This document shows, piece by piece, positions 1 to 9,265 of a stretch of DNA of 64,000 nt (within the stretch, counting starts at the first letter, position 1; every line of letters starts with the position of its first letter). The DNA is from an uncultured Bacteroidota bacterium. Lineage in GTDB: Bacteria; Bacteroidota; Bacteroidia; Chitinophagales; Chitinophagaceae. The position numbers and the translations under genes are program-made. The stretch spans positions 34,242-98,241 of the forward strand of contig CAIRYK010000094.1 of the NCBI GenBank assembly GCA_903882805.1, in the 5' to 3' direction. Under the pieces are notes generated by a model. The model worked only from the letters and a program-made list of their open reading frames with translations, was not told where the DNA came from and ran no database searches.

Positions 1-1
1 G

Positions 2-121
2 GACATGGAACCAGCGTTGAAGCTGGGAATGAACGCATGGTTAATTGATCGCGCAGAATGCTACCCTACCTACCCTAATAGAATAACATCATTTCATCAA
101 TTGTCTGATATTTACAACTAA
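2..121 (+). CDS. 3' end of a CDS entering from upstream of the window (possibly a HAD-superfamily hydrolase C-terminus)
   Basis: Frame 2 is open from the window edge to TAA at 119-121. It translates as DMEPALKLGMNAWLIDRAECYPTYPNRITSFHQLSDIYN. The D-x3-A-x3-GM-x4-I stretch resembles the last HAD motif region. It is absent from the ORF track because it has no in-window start. Confidence 0.3.
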   Translation, partial: DMEPALKLGMNAWLIDRAECYPTYPNRITSFHQLSDIYN

Positions 122-129
122 ATACCAAA

Positions 130-1065
130 ATGGAAAAAATAAAACTCTCTTTGGTAGTACCCGTTTATTATGAAGAGGATTGTATCAGGCAATTTCTGAA
201 GGAAACTAAAGAAGTACTTGACAAACTGGAGATTGACTACGAATACGTGTTTATCGACGACGGTAGTAAGGATAAAACCACTGATATAATAAAAGAAGAA
301 GCGGCAGCAAACAAGAAAATAAAACTTGTGGAATTGTCGTACAATCATGGTAAGCAAGCTGCTGTAACGGCCGGAATCAACTACGCATCAGGCACCCATA
401 TGATATATATGGACCCCGATCTGCAAGACCCTCCGATAGAAATACCGCGCTTTCTGGAAGAAATGGCTAAGGGTTATGATGTTGTATATGGCATAAGGAG
501 AGAGAAAAAAGACAACTTCATCAATAAAATCTACTCTGGCATTTTCTGGGGCGTATTGCGCAGATTTACAGGATTGGAAATACCGAAAGGACTCGCTGTG
601 ATGCGCATGTTCAACCGAAAATTTGCCGATATGTTCATTCAGTACAAGGAACAAAACAGATTTATCGAGGGTATTTTTATGCATATAGGGCTTAAAAGCT
701 CACAATTAGCTATAGACCAACGCGAACGTTTCTCCGGTGTATCTAAGTTTAACTTCAAGCGCAAAATGAACCTTGCATTTGATGCTATATTCGACTTCTC
801 AGAAACGCCGCTGAAAATTGCAGTACGTATGGGCGTTGGTCTTACTGGTTTGGGCCTTTTGGGCATTGTGGCCTTGGCGTTTGCTAAGCTATTCTTACTC
901 AATTTTCAAGCTGGCTGGTTATCTATTATATCTGTAATAATTATCGCCACAGGACTGCAGATATTCTTTATTGGTATTGCGGCAATGTATATCGGGCGAG
1001 TGTATAAGGAAACCAAACACAGACCCCTGTATTCGGTAAAGGAAACAACAAACATTGACAAATGA
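130..1065 (+). CDS. Family 2 glycosyltransferase of the polyprenyl-phosphate sugar synthase type (ArnC/GtrB/DPM1-like)
   Basis: 311 aa. GT-A motifs VVPVYYEE, FIDDGSKD and DPDLQDPP are present, plus two C-terminal TM helices. ATGA overlap with the next gene at 1062-1065. Confidence 0.85.
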   Translation: MEKIKLSLVVPVYYEEDCIRQFLKETKEVLDKLEIDYEYVFIDDGSKDKTTDIIKEEAAANKKIKLVELSYNHGKQAAVTAGINYASGTHMIYMDPDLQDPPIEIPRFLEEMAKGYDVVYGIRREKKDNFINKIYSGIFWGVLRRFTGLEIPKGLAVMRMFNRKFADMFIQYKEQNRFIEGIFMHIGLKSSQLAIDQRERFSGVSKFNFKRKMNLAFDAIFDFSETPLKIAVRMGVGLTGLGLLGIVALAFAKLFLLNFQAGWLSIISVIIIATGLQIFFIGIAAMYIGRVYKETKHRPLYSVKETTNIDK

Positions 1066-1703
1066 AAAAACTGGCAATAATAGGATCAGGCGACTTGGGC
1101 CAACTAATTGCTTACCATGCACACACTGACAATCATTATCAGGTGGCAGGATATTTTGATGATTTTGCAACCCAGGGCGAGCAAAAAGGCGTAGCGCCGG
1201 TGTTAGGTAAATTGTCGGATATTGACGCGGCTTTCGAAAATGGTGTATTTGATGAAATTATCGTGGCGATAGGTTACAAACACTTTAGTTTTCGAAAAAA
1301 AGTGTTTGAAGATCTAAAAGGTCGTATTCCAATTGGTAAAGTAATCCATTCAAACGCCTATGTAGCCGCCTCCTGCACTATCGGCGAGGGTGTTGTAATA
1401 CTACCCGGTTGCACGCTCGATAATAATGCTGTTTTGCACGACAATGTGTTTCTTAACACCGCTGCCACCATAGCTCACGACAGTACGATAAAAGCGCATA
1501 CATTTTTATCGCCGCGTGTGGCCATAGCCGGTTTTGTGATTGTTGGCGAATGTTGTAATATTGGCATCAATTGTACGCTCATCGATAATATTACTCTTAC
1601 AGACAGGGTGCAAACCGGCGGAGGTGCAGTAGTAATCAATAATTTAGACATTCCGGGCCTTTATGTGGGCGTTCCGGCAAAACTCATAAAAAGTAGTAAT
1701 TGA
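1062..1703 (+). CDS. Sugar N-acetyltransferase, NeuD/PglD/VioB family (left-handed beta-helix)
   Basis: 213 aa. N-terminal IIGSGDLG Rossmann-like segment followed by hexapeptide-repeat pattern (IGEGVVI, IGECCNIGINCTL). Translationally coupled to both neighbours. Confidence 0.8.
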   Translation: MKKLAIIGSGDLGQLIAYHAHTDNHYQVAGYFDDFATQGEQKGVAPVLGKLSDIDAAFENGVFDEIIVAIGYKHFSFRKKVFEDLKGRIPIGKVIHSNAYVAASCTIGEGVVILPGCTLDNNAVLHDNVFLNTAATIAHDSTIKAHTFLSPRVAIAGFVIVGECCNIGINCTLIDNITLTDRVQTGGGAVVINNLDIPGLYVGVPAKLIKSSN

Positions 1704-1705
1704 CA

Positions 1706-2830
1706 ATGATCCCTTTTAACAAACCATACCTCACCGGCAAGGAAACAGATTATATTAAAGAAGCTGTATCGGGTGGAAAAATCTCGGGCGACGGCGTGTT
1801 TACCAAACGCAGCCACTCCTTCTTCGAAAATCGCTTTGGCTTCAAGAAATGCCTGCTAACCACATCGTGTACCGATGCATTGGAAATGGCAGCAATACTC
1901 ATCAACATACAGCCCGGCGACGAGGTAATAATGCCGTCTTATACATTTGTGTCTACCTCAAATGCATTTGTGTTGCGCGGCGCTAAAATCGTATTCTGTG
2001 ATAGCCGTACCGATCACCCGGGTATAGACGAGGATAAAATAGAAGCCCTGATAACTGATCGCACAAAGGCCATTGTACCAGTTCATTATGCCGGCATTGC
2101 CTGCGATATGGATAAAATAATGGACCTTGCAGATAAATACAACCTATTTGTAATAGAAGACGCTGCCCAGGCAATAGATAGCTACTACACTGGCCGCGAT
2201 GGCGTTAGGCGCCCATTAGGCTCCATTGGCCATATGGCTGCTTTCTCTTTTCACGAAACAAAAAATATTATGTCCGGCGAAGGCGGTATGCTGGTAATAA
2301 ATGACGAACGCTTTTTTGAGCGCGCTGAGATCATCCGCGAAAAGGGCACCAATCGCAGCAAATTCTTCCGCGGCGAAGTAGATAAATATGGCTGGGTAGA
2401 TATAGGCAGTTCATTCCTTCCATCGGATATGATAGCTGCGTTTTTATATGCGCAACTCGAAAACCTGGAAGATATTCAGGCTCGCCGCAAAGAAATATGG
2501 GATGCTTATTACGAGGGATTGAAACCGCTTGCCGATCGTGGACTTTTCAAACTGCCAGTGATACCAGATTTTGCTACCAACAATGCACACATGTTTTACC
2601 TGACCTGCAATAGCCTTGAGGACAGAAATAAAATAATTGCGCTACTTAAGTCACATCAGATATATGCTGTGTTTCACTATCTTAGTTTACATAAAAGCCC
2701 GTTTTATGCAGACAAGCATGATGGACGCGACCTACCTGAAACGGACCGTTATACAGACTGCCTTGTGAGATTGCCGATGTATTACGAGCTTAATCCACAA
2801 ATGGTACTCGACGTACTTAAAACACTGTAA
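1706..2830 (+). CDS. wecE: dTDP-4-amino-4,6-dideoxy-sugar aminotransferase (DegT/DnrJ/EryC1 family, WecE-like)
   Basis: Colinear with my memory of E. coli WecE from MIPFN onward (SCTDALEMAA, QPGDEVIMPSYTFVSTSNAFVLRGAKIVF). The track start at 1700 is TTG, so the ATG at 1706 is preferred. Confidence 0.88.
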   Translation: MIPFNKPYLTGKETDYIKEAVSGGKISGDGVFTKRSHSFFENRFGFKKCLLTTSCTDALEMAAILINIQPGDEVIMPSYTFVSTSNAFVLRGAKIVFCDSRTDHPGIDEDKIEALITDRTKAIVPVHYAGIACDMDKIMDLADKYNLFVIEDAAQAIDSYYTGRDGVRRPLGSIGHMAAFSFHETKNIMSGEGGMLVINDERFFERAEIIREKGTNRSKFFRGEVDKYGWVDIGSSFLPSDMIAAFLYAQLENLEDIQARRKEIWDAYYEGLKPLADRGLFKLPVIPDFATNNAHMFYLTCNSLEDRNKIIALLKSHQIYAVFHYLSLHKSPFYADKHDGRDLPETDRYTDCLVRLPMYYELNPQMVLDVLKTL

Positions 2831-2838
2831 TTCAACAA

Positions 2839-2890
2839 TTAGTAATAATACAAAAAGCCCCAATTTGGGGGCTTTTTGTATTATTACTAA
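2839..2890. terminator. Bidirectional rho-independent terminator between convergent genes
   Basis: Perfect 23-bp inverted repeat, ttagtaataatacaaaaagcccc / ggggctttttgtattattactaa, with a 6-nt loop. A/T tracts are present on both arms. Confidence 0.85.
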
Positions 2891-2899
2891 TAAGATTTT

Positions 2900-5098
2900 T
2901 TACTTCAGCAGTCCTGCAAAAACTTGCTTCATACCCTCTTTATTGAAATTGACGCGCACATACTGCTTACCAAATTCTGCCAACTCATCCCACCTTGTAT
3001 TATCGTTATAAACCCTGATAATTTCTTCTGCAAATGATTGCGGATCATTGACGCCCCTATACAAATATTGCTCATCCTTTGGCATTCCTTCGAAAGCGAT
3101 GTCTGTGCCTACAACCGGCACACCTTTAGCCATTGCCTCAATAACTTTTCCCTTTACACCGGCGCCCGACCGCAGTGGCACTATAGCAACCCTGGTTTTA
3201 GTGTAAATAGCATTTAATTCCTCTACGCTTACGTCCGGCAACACCTCCAAAGATTTAAAACGTTTTTTATAGTTGAATATAAATTCGGGCATCTTTGAGC
3301 CGGCTATGATAAGTGATATACCCTGCGCGTCGAGTTGTCCATATACCTCCTCCAAAAACCAACGCATCGCATCCTGATTTGGCGGGTGATTAAAACCACC
3401 TATAAAGAAAATTCCCGTCCTACTATCAAACGGCGACGTGTTAACAGGCACATCAAAATAATACGGAGGAATATACAGTACAGGCTTTGTGATATAATTT
3501 CTTAAATAGGCAATTTCTTCCGAACTGATTGCTAATGATACGCTCGATTGCTCATACATATAATCTTCAATTGCTTTCAGTTTTTTTGCTTGTTTAAGCA
3601 AAGAATTGTCACCTTTCTCCAGCCCTTCCTTTTCTAAACGCTGGTATCCAAGGTCGTGACCATAATAGATGGTGACTCCTGTATAGTTCTGCTCACGCAA
3701 AAAAGTAAGTATGGGCGTGCACACTGAAGACCTGCTTAAAATAATTGCATCGAAATTGCTGAGATTGTTTTTCAGATAATGCCTCCAACCGCGCAAACCA
3801 AAATTGAACTGATTACCATACAACACCTCTACTCCTTTTTCCTGATACATTTTCTCGTAATGTTTGCCGGTATTTGAGTTTTCACCCATAAACTTTACAC
3901 TACAATCTAAATCAAGCAATGCATCTATAAAGTTAGAAATAGTTCTGGAGCCGGCATCCTTATCTACTTGTGGCAAATAATGATCAATTACTAACACATG
4001 TTTTTTACCCGTCGTCCGGTCGCGTTCAAAAAAGGTATTCTCGCTATTCTTTGATTTTTTCTTGAGTTCGCTTGCCCAGCGTTCTCTAAACTTACGCTGA
4101 TTAATTGTCTGATGTTTTTTGATTCCCTTGTCGAGATCAGTGCCGTGCGACAAGCCTTCAAAATGCACTACTACCGAAAAGGGTTGATACATAACCTTGT
4201 ATCCACGCTTACGCACTTGAAAGCAAAGGTCTGAATCTTCGCAATAAGCTGGCAGAAAAACCTCGTCAAAACCTCCAATTTCTTTCCATAAATTCTTCGT
4301 TATCATTATAGAAGCTCCAGATATATAATCAGCCTCTTTAACGTAACAATACTCGGGGCGATTTGGGTTGTCGTGATTGCCGAAGTTGTGGGCGCTACCG
4401 TCTTGCCATATAATCCCACCGGCCTCCTGTAAGAGGCCATCAGGGTATATTAGTTTAGAACCTACCAACCCTATTTTAACATTGGATTTTATTAGGCTTA
4501 GCAACTCTATCAACCAATCTTTCTGTACTTGAGTATCGTTGTTCAAAAAAACAATATACTCACCTTGCGCCTGCTGTGCAGCGTTGTTACAATTTTTTAA
4601 AAAACCAAGATTGGTTTCATTTCTTATTATTCTAATATTTTCAAAATTATTGGCAATAATAGAGGTATCGTCAGTCGACAAATCGTCGGCTATAATCACT
4701 TCATAATTATCGAGTTTATTGTTCTCGAAGATAGAATGTATACAGTTGTAGGTTATGTCTACCTGATTATACATCGGTATAATTATGCTAACTTCTGGCT
4801 TGGCGCAATACGGAAGCGCGATTTTTAAATCCTTACTATAGTTTTTTACCGTAGGAGCTATTAAAGGGAAATTATCGGGAATGTAGTAGTTTTCACCTCC
4901 TTTATTGGCGCCTGATGTGGGCGCATTGCTAATACTGGAGTAATGAAAATGAGATTTTTTATGCAGCAAACTCCTGATACCTGTTACAATTCCTTTATCC
5001 TTGATCTCTACAAACAACTCATTTATTACTTTGTTTTTGTCGGGACTATTGGCAAAACGAACGGCATAGGTCAGGTATTTTTGCAATTTATTTCTCAT
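2900..5098 (-). CDS. Two-domain glycosyltransferase (GT2 N-terminal half fused to GT4/GT1-type C-terminal half)
   Basis: 732 aa. GT-A part shows VSIIIPMYNQ, IIADDLSTDDT and FLNNDT. The C-terminal GT-B part ends with the GVPVVGTDIAFEGM-type motif. Confidence 0.8.
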   Translation of the reverse strand: MRNKLQKYLTYAVRFANSPDKNKVINELFVEIKDKGIVTGIRSLLHKKSHFHYSSISNAPTSGANKGGENYYIPDNFPLIAPTVKNYSKDLKIALPYCAKPEVSIIIPMYNQVDITYNCIHSIFENNKLDNYEVIIADDLSTDDTSIIANNFENIRIIRNETNLGFLKNCNNAAQQAQGEYIVFLNNDTQVQKDWLIELLSLIKSNVKIGLVGSKLIYPDGLLQEAGGIIWQDGSAHNFGNHDNPNRPEYCYVKEADYISGASIMITKNLWKEIGGFDEVFLPAYCEDSDLCFQVRKRGYKVMYQPFSVVVHFEGLSHGTDLDKGIKKHQTINQRKFRERWASELKKKSKNSENTFFERDRTTGKKHVLVIDHYLPQVDKDAGSRTISNFIDALLDLDCSVKFMGENSNTGKHYEKMYQEKGVEVLYGNQFNFGLRGWRHYLKNNLSNFDAIILSRSSVCTPILTFLREQNYTGVTIYYGHDLGYQRLEKEGLEKGDNSLLKQAKKLKAIEDYMYEQSSVSLAISSEEIAYLRNYITKPVLYIPPYYFDVPVNTSPFDSRTGIFFIGGFNHPPNQDAMRWFLEEVYGQLDAQGISLIIAGSKMPEFIFNYKKRFKSLEVLPDVSVEELNAIYTKTRVAIVPLRSGAGVKGKVIEAMAKGVPVVGTDIAFEGMPKDEQYLYRGVNDPQSFAEEIIRVYNDNTRWDELAEFGKQYVRVNFNKEGMKQVFAGLLK

Positions 5099-5354
5099 TA
5101 CTCCTCTCTTCGGTTGTTTTTTGCAAATTTAGTCAAGTTTTCTTGTATTAAAATTTTGGATTCTTAATGCTTTACTAAACTTATGCCATACAGAGAAGAA
5201 ACAGTTGAAATTTTTGTATTAAATTTGCATTAAAGTTGCGTTAACTAAAAGGTTGTTTTAACTGAATTTTTAGAAAATCGCGAAATTAATATTTTGGCAA
5301 CCAAAAATTTAGCACGATTTTTGTGGCAACCAAGGTAAATACTCTTTTTACTAA

Positions 5355-6095
5355 ATGAAAGATCAGACTACACTAGATATTACCTTAGAAAGAACGCCTA
5401 CCCAAGTTGCTTCTCCGTCGGATATTTCGAGCATTCGATACATGTTTCACGAGATGAATCAACAAAACCTTGAACATCAGCATGCCACATATTATGATAG
5501 CATCAAGCGTTTAATGGATGTGACTGTATCATTGGTGTTCATAATTGGTGTTATGTCTTGGTTGACGCCGGTTTTAGCATTGCTTATCAAATTAACATCT
5601 AAAGGACCTGTGTTTTTTATACAAAAGCGTACGGGATATCTGGGTGTAGAATTCAAATGCTTTAAGTTTAGAACCATGTTTGTAAACGACGAAGCCGACG
5701 TTAAGCAAGTTTCTATAAACGACAACAGAATTACCGCCATTGGTAAATTTTTAAGAATAACACACCTCGATGAAACGCCCCAGTTTTTCAACGTTATACT
5801 TGGTGAAATGAGTCTTGTAGGTCCTCGTCCGCATATGTTAATACACACGCGCGATTACAGTGAAACAATACCCTACTATAATCTTCGTCTCGAAGTTTGC
5901 CCTGGTATGACTGGAATGGCCCAAATAAAAGACTACATCGGCGAAATAAATGTTGAGCGCGAATTACGCAAAAGAATACAGTGGGATGTGTTCTATGTCA
6001 AAAACCGCAGCTTGGGCTTAGACATAAAAATACTCTTTACTACATTTTGGCTGGTAATACAAAAAGCGACAAAGCCATTTACGACAAAAAAATAA
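5355..6095 (+). CDS. Initiating phosphoglycosyl transferase (bacterial sugar transferase, PglC/WbaP C-terminal type)
   Basis: 246 aa. One re-entrant hydrophobic helix, then KGPVFFIQKRTG, FKFRTM, NDNRIT, DETPQF and GPRPH motifs. Confidence 0.85.
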   Translation: MKDQTTLDITLERTPTQVASPSDISSIRYMFHEMNQQNLEHQHATYYDSIKRLMDVTVSLVFIIGVMSWLTPVLALLIKLTSKGPVFFIQKRTGYLGVEFKCFKFRTMFVNDEADVKQVSINDNRITAIGKFLRITHLDETPQFFNVILGEMSLVGPRPHMLIHTRDYSETIPYYNLRLEVCPGMTGMAQIKDYIGEINVERELRKRIQWDVFYVKNRSLGLDIKILFTTFWLVIQKATKPFTTKK

Positions 6096-6108
6096 AATAT
6101 AAAACATG

Positions 6109-6137
6109 AAGCCCTCCGATTTTGGAGGGCTTTTTTG
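6109..6137 (+). terminator. Rho-independent terminator after the sugar transferase gene
   Basis: Hairpin aagccctcc-gatttt-ggagggctt followed by a T-run. Confidence 0.8.
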
Positions 6138-6241
6138 TTGACCCATTTACAACTTTAGCGTCTGCGATTACATATATCGCCTCTGATTATTACGGCTTTA
6201 GTGTTCGCTTAGCTGTTTATTATATTTTAGTTTTAAAGGAA

Positions 6242-6272
6242 TTTCGCATTTTGGGTTTAATGCTTACATTTG
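6242..6272 (+). promoter_or_regulatory. Candidate Bacteroidota-type promoter for efp
   Basis: Exact TAnnTTTG (-7) box tacatttg at 6265-6272, 25 nt before the ATG. A TTTC (-33-like) element lies 19 nt upstream at 6242-6245. Confidence 0.4.
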
Positions 6273-6296
6273 CAGTCCATAAAACAATAGATCTTC

Positions 6297-6863
6297 ATGG
6301 CTACAACAGCAGATATGCGAAATGGTTTAATCATAAAACTTGATGGAGCCCTTTACTCAGTGGTTGAATTCGGACAAAACAAAACAGCCCGCGCTGCAGC
6401 AAAAGTTTGGGCAAAATTAAAAGGCGTTGATAACAATCGCTCGATCGAACATACCTGGAACTCAGGCGATAATATTTTTCCCGTACGTGTTGAAAAACGC
6501 AACTATCAGTTTTTGTACAAAGACGATAGCGGCTTCAACCTGATGGACAATAACACATTTGAACAAATCGTTATTTCTGAATCAATGATAGAGCGTCCTG
6601 ATCTTTACAAAGATGGACAGGAATGTTTTGTAATATTCAATACGGAAACTGAGGTGCCAATGGGCGTTGAGTTGCCGCCAAGCATAAACTTAAAGGTTAC
6701 TTACTCAGAACCAGGTGTAAAAGGCGATACTGCAACCAGAGCCCTAAAGAGCGCTACTGTTGAAACAGGCGCTACTGTTATGGTGCCTTTGTTTGTAAAT
6801 GCAGACGAATTAATAAAAATAGACTCCAAAACTGGAGCATACATTGAGCGTGTAAAAGCTTAA
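6297..6863 (+). CDS. efp: Translation elongation factor P
   Basis: 188 aa, colinear with EF-P. The C-terminal PGVKGDTAT...ATVETGA...VPLFV block is typical, and the conserved efp-accB-accC synteny is present. The loop sequence is atypical (see findings). Confidence 0.9.
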   Translation: MATTADMRNGLIIKLDGALYSVVEFGQNKTARAAAKVWAKLKGVDNNRSIEHTWNSGDNIFPVRVEKRNYQFLYKDDSGFNLMDNNTFEQIVISESMIERPDLYKDGQECFVIFNTETEVPMGVELPPSINLKVTYSEPGVKGDTATRALKSATVETGATVMVPLFVNADELIKIDSKTGAYIERVKA

Positions 6864-7007
6864 TTTAGTAGATATTAGTGCGATAAAGTAGAATTTGCAA
6901 TTTGTTTCATCAATATTGTGTTTTCTGCTTTATTGTTTTTTTAGCCTATTATAAGTTCATTTTACCATTTACGAATTTCACTTTTTGACTTTATTAAATT
7001 TATACTC

Positions 7008-7496
7008 ATGGAGTACAAACAGATACAGGAGCTGATAAAAACCATCAACAAATCGAATATCAGCGAACTGAGTATTGAAGAAGGAGATTTTAAGATTACT
7101 ATAAAGCAGGAGTTTACAGGACAGGCGCAATACATTGCTACGCCTATGCCAGCAGCTCCAATGCCGGTATATCAGGCTCAACCTCAGCAGGTAGCTCCAG
7201 CTGCTGCACCAGCGCCAACAACGGAAAAACCTGCAGCAGCGCCAGCGTCGGCTACAGGAATCACTATTAAATCACCAATGATCGGCACTTTCTACCGCAG
7301 CCCATCGCCCGACAAACCTGTATTTGTAAACATTGGCGATGAAATTAAGGCTGGACAAGTGCTTTGTATCATAGAAGCCATGAAATTATTCAACGAAATA
7401 GAAGCTGAAGTAAGCGGTCGTTTGATAAAGGTAATGGCCGACGACTCTACTCCTGTAGAATATGACCAACCATTGTTCCTTATTGAGCCTATGTAA
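7008..7496 (+). CDS. accB: Acetyl-CoA carboxylase biotin carboxyl carrier protein
   Basis: 162 aa. Ala/Pro-rich linker and biotinylation motif [14 protein letters not shown]. Confidence 0.92.
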   Translation: MEYKQIQELIKTINKSNISELSIEEGDFKITIKQEFTGQAQYIATPMPAAPMPVYQAQPQQVAPAAAPAPTTEKPAAAPASATGITIKSPMIGTFYRSPSPDKPVFVNIGDEIKAGQVLCIIEAMKLFNEIEAEVSGRLIKVMADDSTPVEYDQPLFLIEPM

Positions 7497-7514
7497 TTCA
7501 AATAGATACTGTTT

Positions 7515-7547
7515 AGTGCATATCCTTCATTCAATAGGATATGTACT
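7515..7547 (+). terminator. Hairpin after accB (possible attenuator or terminator)
   Basis: 12-bp stem agtgcatatcct / aggatatgtact (one G-U pair) with a 9-nt loop, followed by aagcttgttttta. Confidence 0.5.
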
Positions 7548-7643
7548 AAGCTTGTTTTTATTAGCTTACTTTAATAATAGGCTATATAAAAAGCAGGCAA
7601 ATTACTGTTACAGGTTTTAGACCCGAACTATTAAATAATATTG

Positions 7644-7657
7644 ATAACAATTGTTAT
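7644..7657. promoter_or_regulatory. Perfect 14-bp palindrome upstream of accC (candidate operator)
   Basis: ATAACAATTGTTAT is its own reverse complement. AATTGT cores recur at 7678-7683 and 7709-7714. Confidence 0.35.
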
Positions 7658-7767
7658 TTCGAACACTAGCTGTAAGCAATTGTAACGCGCATCGGATAGG
7701 AATGTATTAATTGTCCACGCCTTATTTTGCAACAGTTTAATGCGACATATCAAGTCATTTAAATAGG

Positions 7768-9105
7768 ATGTTTAAGAAAATACTAATCGCCAACAGAGGT
7801 GAAATAGCCCTGAGAATAATTCGTACCTGTAGAGAAATGGGCATACGCACTGTGGCTATTTATTCTACCGCAGATAAAGATAGCCTGCACGTACGTTTTG
7901 CTGATGAGGCAGTTTGTATAGGTAAGCCGCAAAGCAGCGAATCATACCTTAATATTCAGCACATAATGGCTGCGGCAGAAATCACCAACGCTGATGCAAT
8001 TCATCCTGGTTATGGCTTTCTTGCAGAGAACGCTTACTTCGCTGAGATCTGCGCACAATACAATATTAAATTTATCGGCCCCACACCAGATATGATCCGG
8101 TCGATGGGAGATAAGATAACTGCAAAGGAAACAATGATTCGCGCTGGCGTGCCCGTAATACCCGGTTCAGAGGGATTGCTTAAAAGCGTTGATGAAGCCA
8201 AGTCGCTAGCCAACGAAATGGGGTATCCTGTTATCATCAAAGCTACAGCCGGCGGAGGCGGTAAGGGAATGCGCGTAGTGTGGAGCGAGAAAGAAATAGA
8301 ACACGCTTACAGCACTGCTAAAATAGAAGCGGCTGCATCGTTCAAAAACGACGGTCTTTACATGGAGAAATTCGTTGAAGAACCTCGCCACATAGAAATT
8401 CAGGTAGCCGGCGACCAATTTGGAACTGTTTGCCACCTTAGCGAGCGCGACTGCTCGATACAACGCAGACACCAGAAGCTGGTGGAGGAATCTCCATCGC
8501 CATTTATGACACCTGAATTAAGGCAAAAAATGGGTGAGGCTGCAATTAAAGCAGCTGCTGCCATCAACTACGAAAGCGTAGGAACAATTGAGTTTCTAGT
8601 AGATAAACACCGCAATTTTTACTTCATGGAAATGAACACCCGTATTCAGGTAGAACACGGCGTTACCGAAGAAGTAATCAGCTACGACCTAATTAAAGAG
8701 CAAATAAAAATTGCAGCCGGCGTGCCGATAAGCGGAAGAAACTACGAGCCTAAGATTCATGCAATTGAGTGCCGCATTAACGCTGAAGACCCCTACAATG
8801 ACTTCCGTCCGTGTCCGGGTAAAATAACAACATTGCATACTCCGGGCGGCCATGGTGTGCGCGTAGATTCTCATATCTATGCTGGATACACTATCCCACC
8901 TTATTACGATTCTATGATTGCAAAAGTTATTGCCGTTGCCCAAACAAGGGAGGAAGCAATAAACACCATGGAGCGTGCGCTTAGCGAATACGTAATTGAA
9001 GGTGTAAAGACCACTATACCATTCCACCTACAGTTAATGAAAAATGAAGACTTTAGAAAAGGTAATTTCACCACAAAATTCATCGAAAGCTTCAAGTTGG
9101 TGTAG
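7768..9105 (+). CDS. accC: Acetyl-CoA carboxylase biotin carboxylase subunit
   Basis: 445 aa. Starts [19 protein letters not shown], has an ATP-grasp glycine loop ([10 protein letters not shown]) and [10 protein letters not shown]. Confidence 0.95.
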   Translation: MFKKILIANRGEIALRIIRTCREMGIRTVAIYSTADKDSLHVRFADEAVCIGKPQSSESYLNIQHIMAAAEITNADAIHPGYGFLAENAYFAEICAQYNIKFIGPTPDMIRSMGDKITAKETMIRAGVPVIPGSEGLLKSVDEAKSLANEMGYPVIIKATAGGGGKGMRVVWSEKEIEHAYSTAKIEAAASFKNDGLYMEKFVEEPRHIEIQVAGDQFGTVCHLSERDCSIQRRHQKLVEESPSPFMTPELRQKMGEAAIKAAAAINYESVGTIEFLVDKHRNFYFMEMNTRIQVEHGVTEEVISYDLIKEQIKIAAGVPISGRNYEPKIHAIECRINAEDPYNDFRPCPGKITTLHTPGGHGVRVDSHIYAGYTIPPYYDSMIAKVIAVAQTREEAINTMERALSEYVIEGVKTTIPFHLQLMKNEDFRKGNFTTKFIESFKLV

Positions 9106-9131
9106 ATAAGCCTCTAATAATCAATAACTTA

Positions 9132-9166
9132 AAAAGGGATCACAATTAAAAATTGCGATCCCTTTT
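9132..9166. terminator. Rho-independent terminator after accC
   Basis: aaaagggatcacaatt / aattgcgatccctttt stem (one mismatch) followed by T-rich sequence. Confidence 0.75.
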
Positions 9167-9265
9167 GTTGTATCAATGAATATTCAGCGAATATTTTACC
9201 AGAGGTCGAGCGCTGATTTACAATAAACTACAATAGCCCGGCGCTCCTAAAATGGGGTTAGCTTA

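Noticed and set aside
6122-6343. 73-aa ORF starting with TTG between the sugar transferase gene and efp
   Set aside because: It begins inside the terminator hairpin, spans the predicted efp promoter and overlaps the efp start. It has no supporting features.
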